Shown here: one piece after another, positions 1-12,689 of the stretch
Numbering within the stretch: the first letter of the stretch is position 1
Layout: every line of letters starts with the position of its first letter
NCBI GenBank assembly: GCA_905178155.1
Contig: CAJINV010000028.1
Span: 1-64,000 of the forward strand
Direction of reading: 5' to 3'
Source: Amoebophrya sp. A120
Taxonomy: Eukaryota > Protista > Dinoflagellata
DNA length: 64,000 nucleotides
Made by a program: the position numbers and the translations under genes
The notes under the pieces: model-generated
What the model was told of the DNA's origin: nothing
Seen by the model: the letters and a program-made list of their open reading frames with translations, nothing else
The model's database searches: none

Positions 1-103
1 AGCTGCGCCGGCAGGCCGAGGGACTAATCTTCGCAAAACCCCCCCTCCTGGCTGGTCCCGGCCCTCGGCGGCTTCCGACACCGGGGAGCAGCAGGTCCCG
101 ATC

Positions 104-508
104 GTGGACGCCCTGAGGAGCTACATCCTCTCCAGGATCGAGAAGAACATCGGCAAGGGCCTGGGGGGCCTGAACAACGCCTCCACTAGTAACCGCTCCC
201 TCCTGACAACGCTTCCGATCGAAACGCCCAAAAAGAAGCAGCCCAAGCCCGAAAACCTGACCGACCTCCGTGATTGTGGACGCTGCAAGGGCAAGCACCC
301 CGGCGCCTGTCCCAACGACGCGAACCCCAACCCTGGCCGGCTGGTGGCGCAAGGAACAAGATGCAACTACATCAACCACGACACGAGGGGCGGAGCAAAA
401 AATCTGCGTCCAGGGACGGGTGAGCAACGTGGGCGTTGTAGCGCTTGGTTCCGGAGCCAAAGAAGAAGTCCGGATCATCTTCGTCGACCTCCTCGACGAA
501 CACCTTGA
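104..508 (+). pseudogene. Possible gag-like retroelement fragment with a zinc-knuckle-like motif
   Basis: CGRCKGKHPGAC (C-x2-C-x3-H-x3-C) plus a second Cys/His cluster. No pol follows, and the 5' end probably lies outside the window. Confidence 0.3.
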
Positions 509-1267
509 AGGCCTTATCGCCCTCGGCAGGCTGCAAATACGCCCAATTTGCAACCTCAGCGTCTGCGCCGTCGTTTTCACTGGATACCCCGCAGCCGGGG
601 CGCCAGACAACGCGGCGACTAGGTGAAGACATTTGTAACGAGCCCCCAGTTGATTTAGTGCTGAATACCGATGTATTTCCAACTGACTAGGGCGAACACG
701 TACGAACGTGTTCCAACGGCTCGACGGAGCGGGCAAAGAGCGGAGAGCGGATTCAAGAGCGTAGTTCGAAAATAGTGTGCGAAAAACCTATGTCCAAGAT
801 GTGAAGACCGTGTTTGACACAGTTCCAAAAATGTCACAGCAAGCTTGGCTTGCTTTGTACGGCTGCACGCAAGCGTGCAGCGAAAGACCAGAAACATGAA
901 GTGCGTTGTTTGGTGTTTTGCAGAGGACAGTGAAGAAGTAGAACCTTACACACTCTTGCAGTTGTTCATGTCATGCCTTCGCTCAAAATCGTGAAGGTGA
1001 AGCTACAACTCAAAAACACTTTGAAGCTGGCTCTCAAGACCAGAAACGTACTGCACTCACGGGAGCACTTTCTTTGGTTGCGTTTTGCGGAAGTAAACTC
1101 CTAGGGAAATCAGCTACAGCTTTTGCGGCGCTCAGTATGAGGCTTCTCTCTAGGTATTTCTTGAAGTGAAGTGCGTTGGGCTGATGTCGAAACTAGCTGC
1201 GGAAGCGGAAGAGTGAAGAAGAAGCTTTTTCATTTTCAGAAACAATATCACTACGACCGACCCCCAT

Positions 1268-1470
1268 CACCGCAGCTCTGGCTGCCAGCCTCGAGTGTGG
1301 TGGTGCCGCCAAAGCGCTGACCGCCTGCTTCGGGTGTGGTGGTACGATCGCAGCTCTGGCTGCCAGCCCCCGGCGTGGTGGTACCGCCACAGCTTTGGCT
1401 GGCAGCTCCGAGTGTGGTGGTACCACCAAAGCTCTGGCGGCCAGCTCCCGATGTTGTGGTGCTTACCACG
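1268..1470. repeat. Degenerate ~40-bp repeats centred on the palindrome GTGGTGGTACCACCAC (left flank of the satellite)
   Basis: Recurrent gtgtggtggtacc(a/g)ccacagctctggctgccag variants. Confidence 0.75.
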
Positions 1471-1616
1471 ACAGCACCGGTTTGGCGGTGGGGAGTTGGC
1501 ATGCAAGGGTTGGTGGCGGTGGGCTGTGGGAGAGTATCAAAGGGGAGGTGCTGATGGGATGCGGGGGCGGGCGGGGGGGTGGCCTTGGCGGTGGGATGTG
1601 GGCAAGGGAGAATAGT

Positions 1617-3910
1617 AGCTTATGTACCACCGCCCCACCCGCTTATGTACCACCGCCCCACTTGCTTGTGCACCACCGCCCCACCAGCTTATGTACCACC
1701 GCCCCACTTGCTTGTGTACCACCGCCCCACCAGCTTGTGTACCACCGCCCCACCAGCTCGTGTACCACCGCCCCACCAGCTCGTGTACCACCGCCCCACC
1801 AGCTCGTGTACCACCGCCCCACGCGCCCGTGAATCGCCGCCCATGCAGCTTGTGTACCAGCTCCAGCGCCCCACCAGCTTATGTACCACCACCCCACCAA
1901 CTTATGTACCACCGCCCCACTTGCTTGGGTACCAACGCCGCACGAGCTTATGTACCACCGCCCCACCCGCTCGTGTACCACCGCCCCACCAGCTCGTGTA
2001 CCACCGCCCCACGCGCCCGTGAATCGCCGCCCATGCAGCTTGTGTACCAGCTCCAGCGCCCCACCAGCTTATGTACCACCACCCCACCAACTTATGTACC
2101 ACCGCCCCACTTGCTTGGGTACCAACGCCGCACGAGCTTATGTACCACCGCCCCACCCGCTCGTGTACCACCGCCCCACCAGCTCGTGTACCACCGCCCC
2201 ACGCGCCCGTGAATCGCCGCCCATGCAGCTTGTGTACCAGCTCCAGCGCCCCACCAGCTTATGTACCACCACCCCACCAACTTATGTACCACCGCCCCAC
2301 TTGCTTGGGTACCAACGCCGCACGAGCTTATGTACCACCGCCCCACCCGCTCGTGTACCACCGCCCCACCAGCTCGTGTACCACCGCCCCACGCGCCCGT
2401 GAATCGCCGCCCATGCAGCTTGTGTACCAGCTCCAGCGCCCCACCAGCTTATGTACCACCACCCCACCAACTTATGTACCACCGCCCCACTTGCTTGGGT
2501 ACCAACGCCGCACGAGCTTATGTACCACCGCCCCACCCGCTCGTGTACCACCGCCCCACCAGCTCGTGTACCACCGCCCCACGCGCCCGTGAATCGCCGC
2601 CCATGCAGCTTGTGTACCAGCTCCAGCGCCCCACCAGCTTATGTACCACCACCCCACCAACTTATGTACCACCGCCCCACTTGCTTGGGTACCAACGCCG
2701 CACGAGCTTATGTACCACCGCCCCACCCGCTCGTGTACCACCGCCCCACCAGCTCGTGTACCACCGCCCCACGCGCCCGTGAATCGCCGCCCATGCAGCT
2801 TGTGTACCAGCTCCAGCGCCCCACCAGCTTATGTACCACCACCCCACCAACTTATGTACCACCGCCCCACTTGCTTGGGTACCAACGCCGCACGAGCTTA
2901 TGTACCACCGCCCCACCCGCTCGTGTACCACCGCCCCACCAGCTCGTGTACCACCGCCCCACGCGCCCGTGAATCGCCGCCCATGCAGCTTGTGTACCAG
3001 CTCCAGCGCCCCACCAGCTTATGTACCACCACCCCACCAACTTATGTACCACCGCCCCACTTGCTTGGGTACCAACGCCGCACGAGCTTATGTACCACCG
3101 CCCCACCCGCTCGTGTACCACCGCCCCACCAGCTCGTGTACCACCGCCCCACGCGCCCGTGAATCGCCGCCCATGCAGCTTGTGTACCAGCTCCAGCGCC
3201 CCACCAGCTTATGTACCACCACCCCACCAACTTATGTACCACCGCCCCACTTGCTTGGGTACCAACGCCGCACGAGCTTATGTACCACCGCCCCACCCGC
3301 TCGTGTACCACCGCCCCACCAGCTCGTGTACCACCGCCCCACGCGCCCGTGAATCGCCGCCCATGCAGCTTGTGTACCAGCTCCAGCGCCCCACCAGCTT
3401 ATGTACCACCACCCCACCAACTTATGTACCACCGCCCCACTTGCTTGGGTACCAACGCCGCACGAGCTTATGTACCACCGCCCCACCCGCTCGTGTACCA
3501 CCGCCCCACCAGCTCGTGTACCACCGCCCCACGCGCCCGTGAATCGCCGCCCATGCAGCTTGTGTACCAGCTCCAGCGCCCCACCAGCTTATGTACCACC
3601 ACCCCACCAACTTATGTACCACCGCCCCACTTGCTTGGGTACCAACGCCGCACGAGCTTATGTACCACCGCCCCACCCGCTCGTGTACCACCGCCCCACC
3701 AGCTCGTGTACCACCGCCCCACGCGCCCGTGAATCGCCGCCCATGCAGCTTGTGTACCAGCTCCAGCGCCCCACCAGCTTATGTACCACCACCCCACCAA
3801 CTTATGTACCACCGCCCCACTTGCTTGGGTACCAACGCCGCACGAGCTTATGTACCACCGCCCCACCCGCCCGGGAATCGCCGCCCCCCCAGCAGCTTGT
3901 GTACCACCGC
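1617..3910. repeat. 190-bp tandem satellite (~11 near-perfect copies) built from ~23-bp subunits
   Basis: acgcgcccgtgaatcgccgc recurs at 1821, 2011 ... 3721. The subunit agcttatgtaccaccgccccacc occurs as monomers at about 1617-1820. Confidence 0.97.
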
Positions 3911-3914
3911 CTTT

Positions 3915-4690
3915 GGGTGTGGTGGTGCCACCCCCGCTCTGCCGGCTGCCAGTGTTGTCGTACCAAAATAGACGCTCTGCCAGCTGTCAGTGTGGCGGTA
4001 CCAAAACAGCTCTCCTCTGTCAGTTGCCAGTGCGGTGCTGGTGCCAGCTGCAGATCAGAAGAGCACTGCCAGGTGCGAGTGTCGTGGCGGTACCACCACA
4101 TCACAGCTCTGGCTTTGTCCGGTGTGGTGGTACCAACAAAGCCTTTGCTGCCCGCTCGCGGTTCGGGCGTACCACCACAGCCATGGCGGCCACGTCCGGG
4201 CATGGTGGCACCGCCACAGGTCTGGCTGCCGGCTCTCCGGCTCCCAGCTCAGGCTATCGCTATGTTGCCGGTACCACCGCAGCGCGGGCTGCCAGCACTG
4301 GCTATGCTGGTACCACCACAGTTCTGGCCTGCAGCCCCGGTGTGGCGGTACCACCACAGCTCTGGCTCCCAGCTCCACGTGTGGTGGTACCACCGCCGCT
4401 CTGGCTGCCAGCTCCGGGTGTGGTGGTACCACCAGAAGGCGGCCTGCTTCCCTCGGGTTTGGTGGTACCACCATAGTTCTGGCTTACCTCCCGGTGTTGT
4501 GGTGCCGCCACAGTTCTGGCTTCCAAATTCCGGTGTGGTGGTACGGCCGCCGCTCTGGGTGCCACGACCGGGATTCGTGGCACCACCGCAGCTCTGGCTG
4601 CCAGATCCCGGCGTGGCTGCGTACCACGCCAGCCCCGGACGCGAGCTCCTCGGTGTGGTGGTACCGCAACAACCGTCCACCGCAGCGAAC
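3915..4690. repeat. Degenerate GGTACC-centred palindromic repeats (right flank of the satellite)
   Basis: Same motif family as 1268-1470, many diverged copies. Confidence 0.75.
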
Positions 4691-5364
4691 CCGAGCAGCC
4701 ACCGCACAGAACCCGAGCCGCCACCGCACGGAGCCCAACCCGCCACCGCACCGAGACCTGGCGATGCGGTATGGGCAAGGTCAGGTGCCGGTGGAGTGTG
4801 GGCAAAGTCGGGTGGCGGTGTAGGCAAGTGCAGGTGGCGGTGGTGTGTAGGCGAGGAAATTTCAAAGTTTTGTTTTTATCCGTTAAAAAAAAACCGCGAA
4901 ATTTCAAATTTTTATTTTTATCGGGCTCTTCTCGTCGAAGTCAAACAAGATGCAGTTGCTGCAACCCAGCACGGAGCTACTAGCCGAAGCCGGCCACCAT
5001 TGATTGCAGCCACCACCACCCACATCAGCCACCACCACCCACTGCTGAACAAGCCACGACCAGCCACTCACAGCGGAAGCCAGCGAGGCTAGTGATCCAC
5101 CACCCCACCCACAGCGGAACCCACCATCACCCACACACGGTGGTGCTGGTGGTGGTGGCCTCACCAGCTGAGCTTGTGTACCACTGCCCCACCAAGACTC
5201 TTGGTGGGGCGTTGGTGCAGATGCTCTTAGTAGCATCTAATATTTTTTGATCTCTAGACACCAAAGTAGCGCTTCACTTTTATCTCTAGACACCAAAGTA
5301 GCGCGCTCACCTAAGTAGACAATGTAGCGAGCCACCTTCCTGGTGTTTCAGATGCAAACTCTCG

Positions 5365-5875
5365 GACCAGATCTCGGCGCCACTGCCCCGCCTCGCCCAC
5401 TTCGAGGTGGGCGGGCGGTGACACACGTCCCGGGCCAGACCTCGCTGTCACCGCCCCGCCCACTTCGAGGTGGGCGGGGCGGTGACGCACGCCCTTGACC
5501 AGACCTCGCTGTCACCGCCCCGCCCACTTCGAGGTGGGCGGGGCGGTGACGCACGCCCTTGACCAGACCTCGCTGTCACCGCCCCGCCCACTTCGAGGTG
5601 GGCGGGGCGGTGACGCACGCCCTTGACCAGACCTCGCTGTCACCGCCCCGCCCACTTCGAGGTGGGCGGGGCGGTGACGCACGCCCTTGACCAGACCTCG
5701 CTGTCACCGCCCCGCCCACTTCGAGGTGGGCGGGGAGGTGGCGCACGCCCTTGACCAGACCTCGCTGGCACCGCCCCGCCCACTTCCGGGTGGGCGGGGC
5801 GGGCGGTGGCGCACGTCCTCGACCAGACCTCGCTGTCACCACCCCGCCCACTAAAGTGGGCCGGGCGGTGACATA
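5365..5875. repeat. 64-bp tandem repeat (~8 copies), each with a 17-bp-stem hairpin
   Basis: gtcaccgccccgcccac-ttcgag-gtgggcggggcggtgac; the cactt loop motif recurs at 5461, 5525, 5589, 5653, 5717 and 5781. Confidence 0.95.
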
Positions 5876-6252
5876 CGTCTGCGCTTAGACGGCCTCAACA
5901 CTGACACCCAGTCACAACGAGAGCACCAAGGAGTGCTCACGGCACCACCACCTGCCGATTGGCGGCGGGGCTGGGAAGGTTGTCACGGCCTCACCATCGG
6001 CCCAGGCAAAGCGACGTTGGCAGAGGGTGCCACTGGCCCCATTGATCATCTGCAGAATGGTGGTTGGGCTAGCAACGTTGCCCACGGACCCACTGATTCT
6101 TTCAGCACCATTCAGGCAGAACGAGGGCGCCAAGGGCGGCCAATGGCCCCACCGCCGGCAGATTGCTGGTTGAGCTAGCACGGGTGCCCACGGCCTCAAC
6201 TCTCAGTCAGAGTAAGTGCGCCAAAGGTTGCCCTCGGCCCCACCACCTGGGA

Positions 6253-7577
6253 GACCCGGGGCCAGGTCTTCGCGGGCTTTCCAATTTCGCCAATCTCGCC
6301 TAAGCTTGCGGGGGATGGCACTCACGGGGCCCCCACAATGCTAGACCCTTGGCCGGGTCTTCGCGGGCTTTCCAGTTTCGCCCATCTCGCTTAAGTCTGC
6401 GGGGGATGGCACGCACGAGGCAAGACCCGGGGCCAGGTCTTCGCGGGCTTTCCAGTTTCGCCGATCCCGCTTGAGTTTGCGGGGGATGGCACTCACGAGG
6501 CAAGACCCGGGGCCAGGTCTTCGCGGGCTTTCAATTTCGCCAATCTCACCTAAGCTTGCGGGGGATGGCACTCACGGGGAACCCACAATGCTAGACCCTT
6601 GGCCGGGTCTTCGCGGGCTTTCCAGTTTCGCCAATCTCGCTTAAGTTTGCGGGGGATGGCACTCACGAGGCAAGACCCGGGGCCAGGTCTTCGCGGGCTT
6701 TCCAGTTTCGCCAATCCCGCTTAAGTTTGCGGGGGATGGCACTCACGAGGCAAGACCCGGGGCCAGGTCTTCGCGGGCTTTCCAATTTCGCCAATCTCGC
6801 CTAAGCTTGCGGGGGATGGCACTCACGGGGCCCCCACAATGCTAGACCCTTGGCCGGGTCTTCGCGGGCTTTCCAGTTTCGCCAATCTCGCTTAAGTTTG
6901 CGGGGGATGGCACTCACGAGGCAAGACCCGGGGCCAGGTCTTCGCGGGCTTTCCAGTTTCGCCAATCCCGCTGAAGTTTGCGGGGGATGGCACTCACGAG
7001 GCAAGACCCGGGGCCAGGTCTTCGCGGGCTTTTCAATTTCGCCAATCTCGCCTAAGCTTGCGGGGGATGGCACTCACGGGGCCCCCACAATGCTAGACCC
7101 TTGGCCGGGTCTTCGCGGGCTTTCCAGTTTCGCCAATCTCGCTTAAGTTTGCGGGGGATGGCACTCACGAGGCAAGACCCGGGGCCAGGTCTTCGCGGGC
7201 TTTCCAGTTTCGCCAATCCCGCTGAAGTTTGCGGGGGATGGCACTCACGAGGCAAGACCCGGGGCCAGGTCTTCGCGGGCTTTTCAATTTCGCCAATCTC
7301 GCCTAAGCTTGCGGGGGATGGCACTCACGGGGCCCCCACAATGCTAGACCCTTGGCCGGGTCTTCGCGGGCTTTCCAGTTTCGCCAATCTCGCTTAAGTT
7401 TGCGGGGGATGGCACTCACGAGGCCCCCACAATGCTAGACCCTGGGCCGGGTCTTCGCGGGCTTTCCAGTTTCGCCAGTCTCGCTGAAGTTTGCAGGGGG
7501 TGGCACTCACGAGGCAAGACCCGGGGCCAGGTCTTCGCGGGCTTTCCAATTTCGCCAATCTCGACTAAGCTTGCGGG
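6253..7577. repeat. 251-bp higher-order satellite of three related ~80-91 bp monomers (~5 units)
   Basis: Identical ORFs offset by 251 (6801/7052, 6850/7101); ggtcttcgcgggcttt is in every monomer. Confidence 0.93.
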
Positions 7578-8871
7578 TGCTAGACCAGAAGGCCCTGCCC
7601 CAAGCTCCGTCGCTAGACCAGAAGGCCCTGCCCCAACAAAGGAAATCTGGCGAGACTGGCAAAGCCAGAACGCCCAAGAAGATCTGGCCTTCCGCAAACT
7701 CGGGGAGACCGGCGAAGCGAGCAAGTCCGAAAAGATCAGGGCCCAGACGGGCATTTGCTGGGCAAATACGCACTTCAGGGCGCCCACTGAAAACGCGTGA
7801 TGCAATCGAAAGAAATGCGAACGTGCACAACTGACGAGAGTCACTATTTCCGGATCTTAATCAAAGTAAAACTAAAACAGGACAGACCTTTCAGGTGAAA
7901 TAATATGGAACTTCACATCTTCTTCATCCTACGTAGTACGTGAGCCTTCCCTACGAGTAGATCGCACGTTGCGTGTAGAGCGGAAAGAACGAAAACAAAA
8001 TAAGTTGTACATTTAAGAGACTAAGACCAGCGCTGGGAGTGTGAGTCAAATTCCTGTGAATCGAGTCCGAACGGGTTCTGGGGATCGGGATTTTCCTCGC
8101 TTCGCCAATAGAGATGATGAAGCAGATAACTGCGGCGCAGCGAGTCTTCGCTCGATCCTTCTTCGAAAACACTTTGAATAGAGTTAGAGAAGGTTTGACA
8201 AGAAACTCGCATTAAAACAAAAGGCGTTCGCGGGTTTCAGACTGTAGCTGTACATAAGCTGCAACATTAAGTAATCTTTCTCTATCCCACCATATTGACG
8301 TGACACGAGCGAAATTATGCGCCTCGCGGTGAATACTTTCTTCTGTCATTCAAGAACCACTCTACTAAATTCATTGGGCAGTGGGTTTTTTTTTGCTTTG
8401 CACTCTATCACAAAGAACACAGAAGCAAAAAGTGTAGGCGAAACATTCGTCGTTGTTCGTACATTCAGAACTCAAATAATAGGTAAAGGCTCAGCAGGGT
8501 AGCTATTACAACGTCACCGTAGCTCTTATAACTTCCGTAGGTAGGTAAAGATCTCTTACAGGGTCGCTCTTACAACTGCATCGCGACTGCCGGTTTCTGT
8601 TTTTCTTTTCTTGTTTCGAGGCTTTACTGTGTGATACACAAAAGATCGGCTACCTCTCGGGCGGCTTGCAGTCAGGTTAGTTCATTTATGGGGTTACTTT
8701 GATCAAGCAGCGGGTAAAAGTTTTGCTTGTTCGTACGAGTGGAAACGTGGTTTTCCGGGTGAAGGTTTTGCCTTCTTCTCACGTTCTAGCGCTACTAAAT
8801 AAAAACACTCGGCTGCGACAAGTGACTTTGCACTAACGCCTGAAAAAAGAAGGAAGGCCTGGCGCTCTGCG

Positions 8872-8931
8872 ATAAAGATTTGTATATGAAAGACTTGCAT
8901 TTATACGAATGCGATACTTTTGCACAGGATA
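8872..8931. mobile_element. Truncated introner family 2 (one end only)
   Basis: ...ttatacgaatgcgatacttttgcacaggata is the reverse complement of the start of the 28585 copy. Confidence 0.7.
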
Positions 8932-10172
8932 AAATACCCACTTCGCCCATTCTCCCTGCTCCCACTCTTCCCGACGGCCGAACAGCTTTTGGCCGACGTG
9001 GTAACCTCGTGGCGGCGCGGATGAACTTGAGGCTGCAGTGTCCCTTTACTGCTGTCAGCAGCACCTCCAGCTCCCAGGCCCGCCATGCTGGCGGCTGCGG
9101 AAGCGGGTAAAGGAAGTAGTTGTTTTCTTGCTGAAGGAGTCTTCCTTCAGGTCAGGACGCAACACGAACCCGACCTGTTCTAGAAGGCCGAATCAGGGGT
9201 TGTGCTGCTCTGATCTGACACTCGCCCGCGTGGGGTTCACCGGTATATGATAACAGGAACGTGGGAGTGGAAGAAAATCAACTTGCTTGTACGGGGGCAG
9301 AGCTTCAGGGGCAGCACACTGGATACAATTTTTACAAGTTTAAAAATTTATCAGGCGCTACTTGCTGTATGGCTCAGCGACGCGCTGCTTGCACGGCGCA
9401 AGTGCATTAGTGCAGCGATGCGTAATAAACTAAAGGAGTCGCTACAAATGGCGGAGAGAGTTATTTACGGCTGCAAGGGCTTTCTTGTTTAGGATTAGGT
9501 CCTCGCACACTGCGACGCACAAAAATACACTAGCTAGCACTGTCATGTGGGGTGGAGAATGGCCAATTGCAAATTGAGTCAAGTTAAAGCAAGATCAGCG
9601 CAACCGCCCGCCAACGTCGAGAAAAAGAGCAAAAAAACAACAACAAAAAATCGACTCGAGTGTTCACCTGCGTCGAAAAAACGGATCTCGCGCACTTCCT
9701 TGCGAAATGTATTCCCTCGCTTTCAATCGATCGCAAAACCGTAAGAACAAGGCTTTTTTGCACGAACACAGAGCGCAAGAAAGACAATCTAGCAAGCGAA
9801 GCGGTGGTGGACGGAAGTACGCGCCACCAACACGTGCTCGCCTTATCAAGAATAGCTGCGATGCACACTAGCTACTGAGTCATTGGTTTCTGATGCCCTT
9901 GCTTGGTGTTGTTGCCGCGAAGAAAAACATCGAGATGGACTCTTTTGCAGAGCCGAGCGACTTGAGGTTGCCTCTGTAACATTCAGATTGACTGATGCCA
10001 TAGTGGTAGTGCGGCAGCGGTGTCAGATGGATATATATACTGGCATCGGAAGAAGTAGAGTGAGTTGCGGCACCCGAAGTTATTGTTATTGCACTCAAGA
10101 GTTGTACGATGAAAATAACCAAAAGTTCTTTTATCAAAGTAAAAGCTTCGTCTATCATTCTGGGTAGTTCAT
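8932..10172 (-). pseudogene. Mosaic of decayed duplicates of nearby loci
   Basis: 8932-9041 matches 20710-20820, 9492-9759 matches 17495-17790, and 9770-10172 matches 19643-20063. Confidence 0.75.
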
Positions 10173-10282
10173 CCCCCCCCGACTTCCCTCGCCGTAACTT
10201 GTGCGAAGTTTCCAAGCTGCTCTCCACCCCCGATCGGTATATTGTTCTTCCGTTGCAAAGTTTCCCACAACTGTCGCGCTTC

Positions 10283-10543
10283 TATCAAATGTAAAAATGT
10301 CTGGGTATGGAAGAATGCAACTTGTCATGCTAAATCTCAAGCATGCAAAAATCTGTGTTGCATGATTACCAAAAGTCGTCCGGTTCGACCAAGTCGGGAG
10401 GGAGTTTGTCATGCAGTATAGGCATTAGAAAGGTCTCTCAGAATCTGTCATGCTATGTCCTACATACCAGACCTCGTCGGTCATGGAAAACCTACATGAC
10501 AAGTCTGGCAATCTTCCAGACCCAGACATTTTTGCAATCCATA
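10283..10543. mobile_element. Introner/MITE family 1
   Basis: TIR tatcaaatgtaaaaatgtctggg ... cccagacatttttgcaatccata; perfect 5-bp direct repeat GCTTC on both sides. Confidence 0.9.
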
Positions 10544-12029
10544 GCTTCCTGGGGTGTACAGTAGCCATGACGTTCGTGTTGCTGGGAGAATCAATGGTTG
10601 CAACGACTACAACGTTCTACCTGCAGCTCCCACTTCTTCTATAATTGCTACTGTATTGCAGAACCAGAAGAAAAGCGAAGAGAGCCGACAAAATGAACAT
10701 TGGTCAGGAGATCGTGCCCTCAGGCTGCACCGCTTCGTTCTACATCTACAAAGCATTTGCATAGTTCTAATCAAATTTCAAAGCGAGCCTGCACGTGTGC
10801 CATTCCGAGGAATGGAACAGCGTCGGGGGAGACTGCGCCTCCGTTAAGAACTAATTCCTCGATGACGTCCATACGAGCGACGCGGATGGTCTGTTTTTTT
10901 GGCATGTTTTTTCGAATATCGGAAGGAAAAAGATACAAACACGATCTGGAGGCAATCACATTTAACTAAAGTGCCGGAGGAAAAAAGTCCGTTCGTTTCT
11001 TCTTGAGAATTTGCAGATGCAGATGCAGACAGTCGAAAACATAAAAATAATATATTCTAATTCGTCCCTTTCCCATAGTTCTGCTGCATCAAAATTACCT
11101 TGATGATGATGTCGCTCATTGCCATCTCGAACTCAATACCAAACAGGTTCGGGTCGACCAGGGGACGAGCCTGCGGACCGAAGGCGGCACTGAAGTATAA
11201 TAGGGCTTCAAAAAAATAAAACCAGGCCAGCAACGAGTCTGCTTGATCTAAACGTCAGCGATGGTCATAATGTTGCCAATACGTCAGATATGCATTTATG
11301 TATTGGGGAGAAAGATCCAAACTTTTTTTCGAGCCGTTGCAGGAAAAACTTTTTTAGAGCATATGCGTATGCACAATTCTAAGCTTTGCAATTCGATCCA
11401 CAAACACGAATATACAAAAAAAAAGCAATACCACAGCTGATCATAGTGATAGATCGCAGTATCGACAACAAAAATCATCAGCTTCACACTGTGTCCCGCT
11501 GAAAGGCCTTGTCCTGCAAACTACAATAGTCTTGGTCTTGTCATGCCACATGCGTGCCGCTGCAAAAATCTGGAACACAGTGCGAGCTGTCGTCCATTTT
11601 TTCAGAATGATATTCGCCGCAGAGTGGAGGGGTCACTTAAGTTAAAATATTCAAGAACTTCTAAAAGAACCTCTATTGATAGAGGTTCTCGACCATTTTC
11701 TAACTTCTCCATAGATGTTCTAGGTTTTCTAGATTTCTAAGCTTTTTCTAGATTTTCTACAGTCTTTCTTTTTTCTTCTTTTCTTTATTTTTCTTACTGA
11801 TTTCGTTGCTCTTTGATTTTTTTGTTTTTTTTCTAATCTTTTCACTGTTTCTTGACATTTTCTAGCTTGAGAAGCTCTATCTCGTACCTTCTGGACCCAG
11901 AACCTCTATCACAATAGAGGTTCTGGAGTCAGAACGTCTATTGCAATAGAGCTTCTGACCCCAGAACGTCTCCTGGGATAGCGGTTCTGGGTTCCGTAGC
12001 CTCTAGATTTGTTTCTAGACTTTGGCGGC

Positions 12030-12150
12030 CAAGAATCTAGAAACTAGATTTCTAGAAATCTAGAAATCTAGAAATCTAGAAATCTAGAAATCTAGAAGTC
12101 TGGAAGTCTAGATTTCTAGGTTCTAGAAATCTAGAAATCTAGCTTCTAGA
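12030..12150. repeat. (TCTAGAAA)n 8-bp microsatellite
   Basis: Seen directly. Confidence 0.9.
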
Positions 12151-12227
12151 TTCTGGCAGCCAGAACGCCAGCACTCCTGCTCCGAGCAGCTAACAGTCCA
12201 GCTTCCCTGGTTGCGAGAAGCCGGCAG

Positions 12228-12585
12228 CTCAGCCTCCCCGGCTCTACGAGAAGCTGGAAGTCCAGCTTCCCCGGCTCTACGAGAAGCTGGAAGTCCAGCT
12301 GCCCCGGCTCTACGAGAAGCTGGGCGTCCAGCTTCCCCGGCTCTACGAGACGCTGGAAGTCCAGCTTCCCCGGCTCTACAAGAAGCTGAAAGCCCAGCTT
12401 CCCCGGCTCTACGACAAGCTGAAAGTCCAGCTTCCCCGGCTCTACGAGAAGCTGAAAGTCCATCTTCCCCGGCTCTACGAGAAGCTGACAGTCCAGCTTC
12501 CCCGGGCGGCTCTACGAGAAGCTGGAAGGCCAGCTTCTCCGGCTACGAGAAGCTGGAAGTCCAGCTTCTCCGGCTACGAGAAGCC
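12228..12585. repeat. 33-bp minisatellite (~11 copies)
   Basis: Unit gctctacgagaagctggaagtccagcttccccg at 12241, 12274 and onward. Confidence 0.92.
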
Positions 12586-12689
12586 GGACGCTTAGGCCCC
12601 CCGAGGAGCTGGGCGCTCACCTACAGTGAAAAGATGCGAAAAAAGGACGGCGAGGCCCTTGCTCTTTGCAGGTAAGGCATAAGGGTCAG

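Noticed and set aside
1193-7400. Many overlapping ORFs, including 563 aa at 3401-5092
   Set aside because: They are translations of GC-rich satellites open in several frames; periods of 190, 64 and 251 bp are not multiples of 3.
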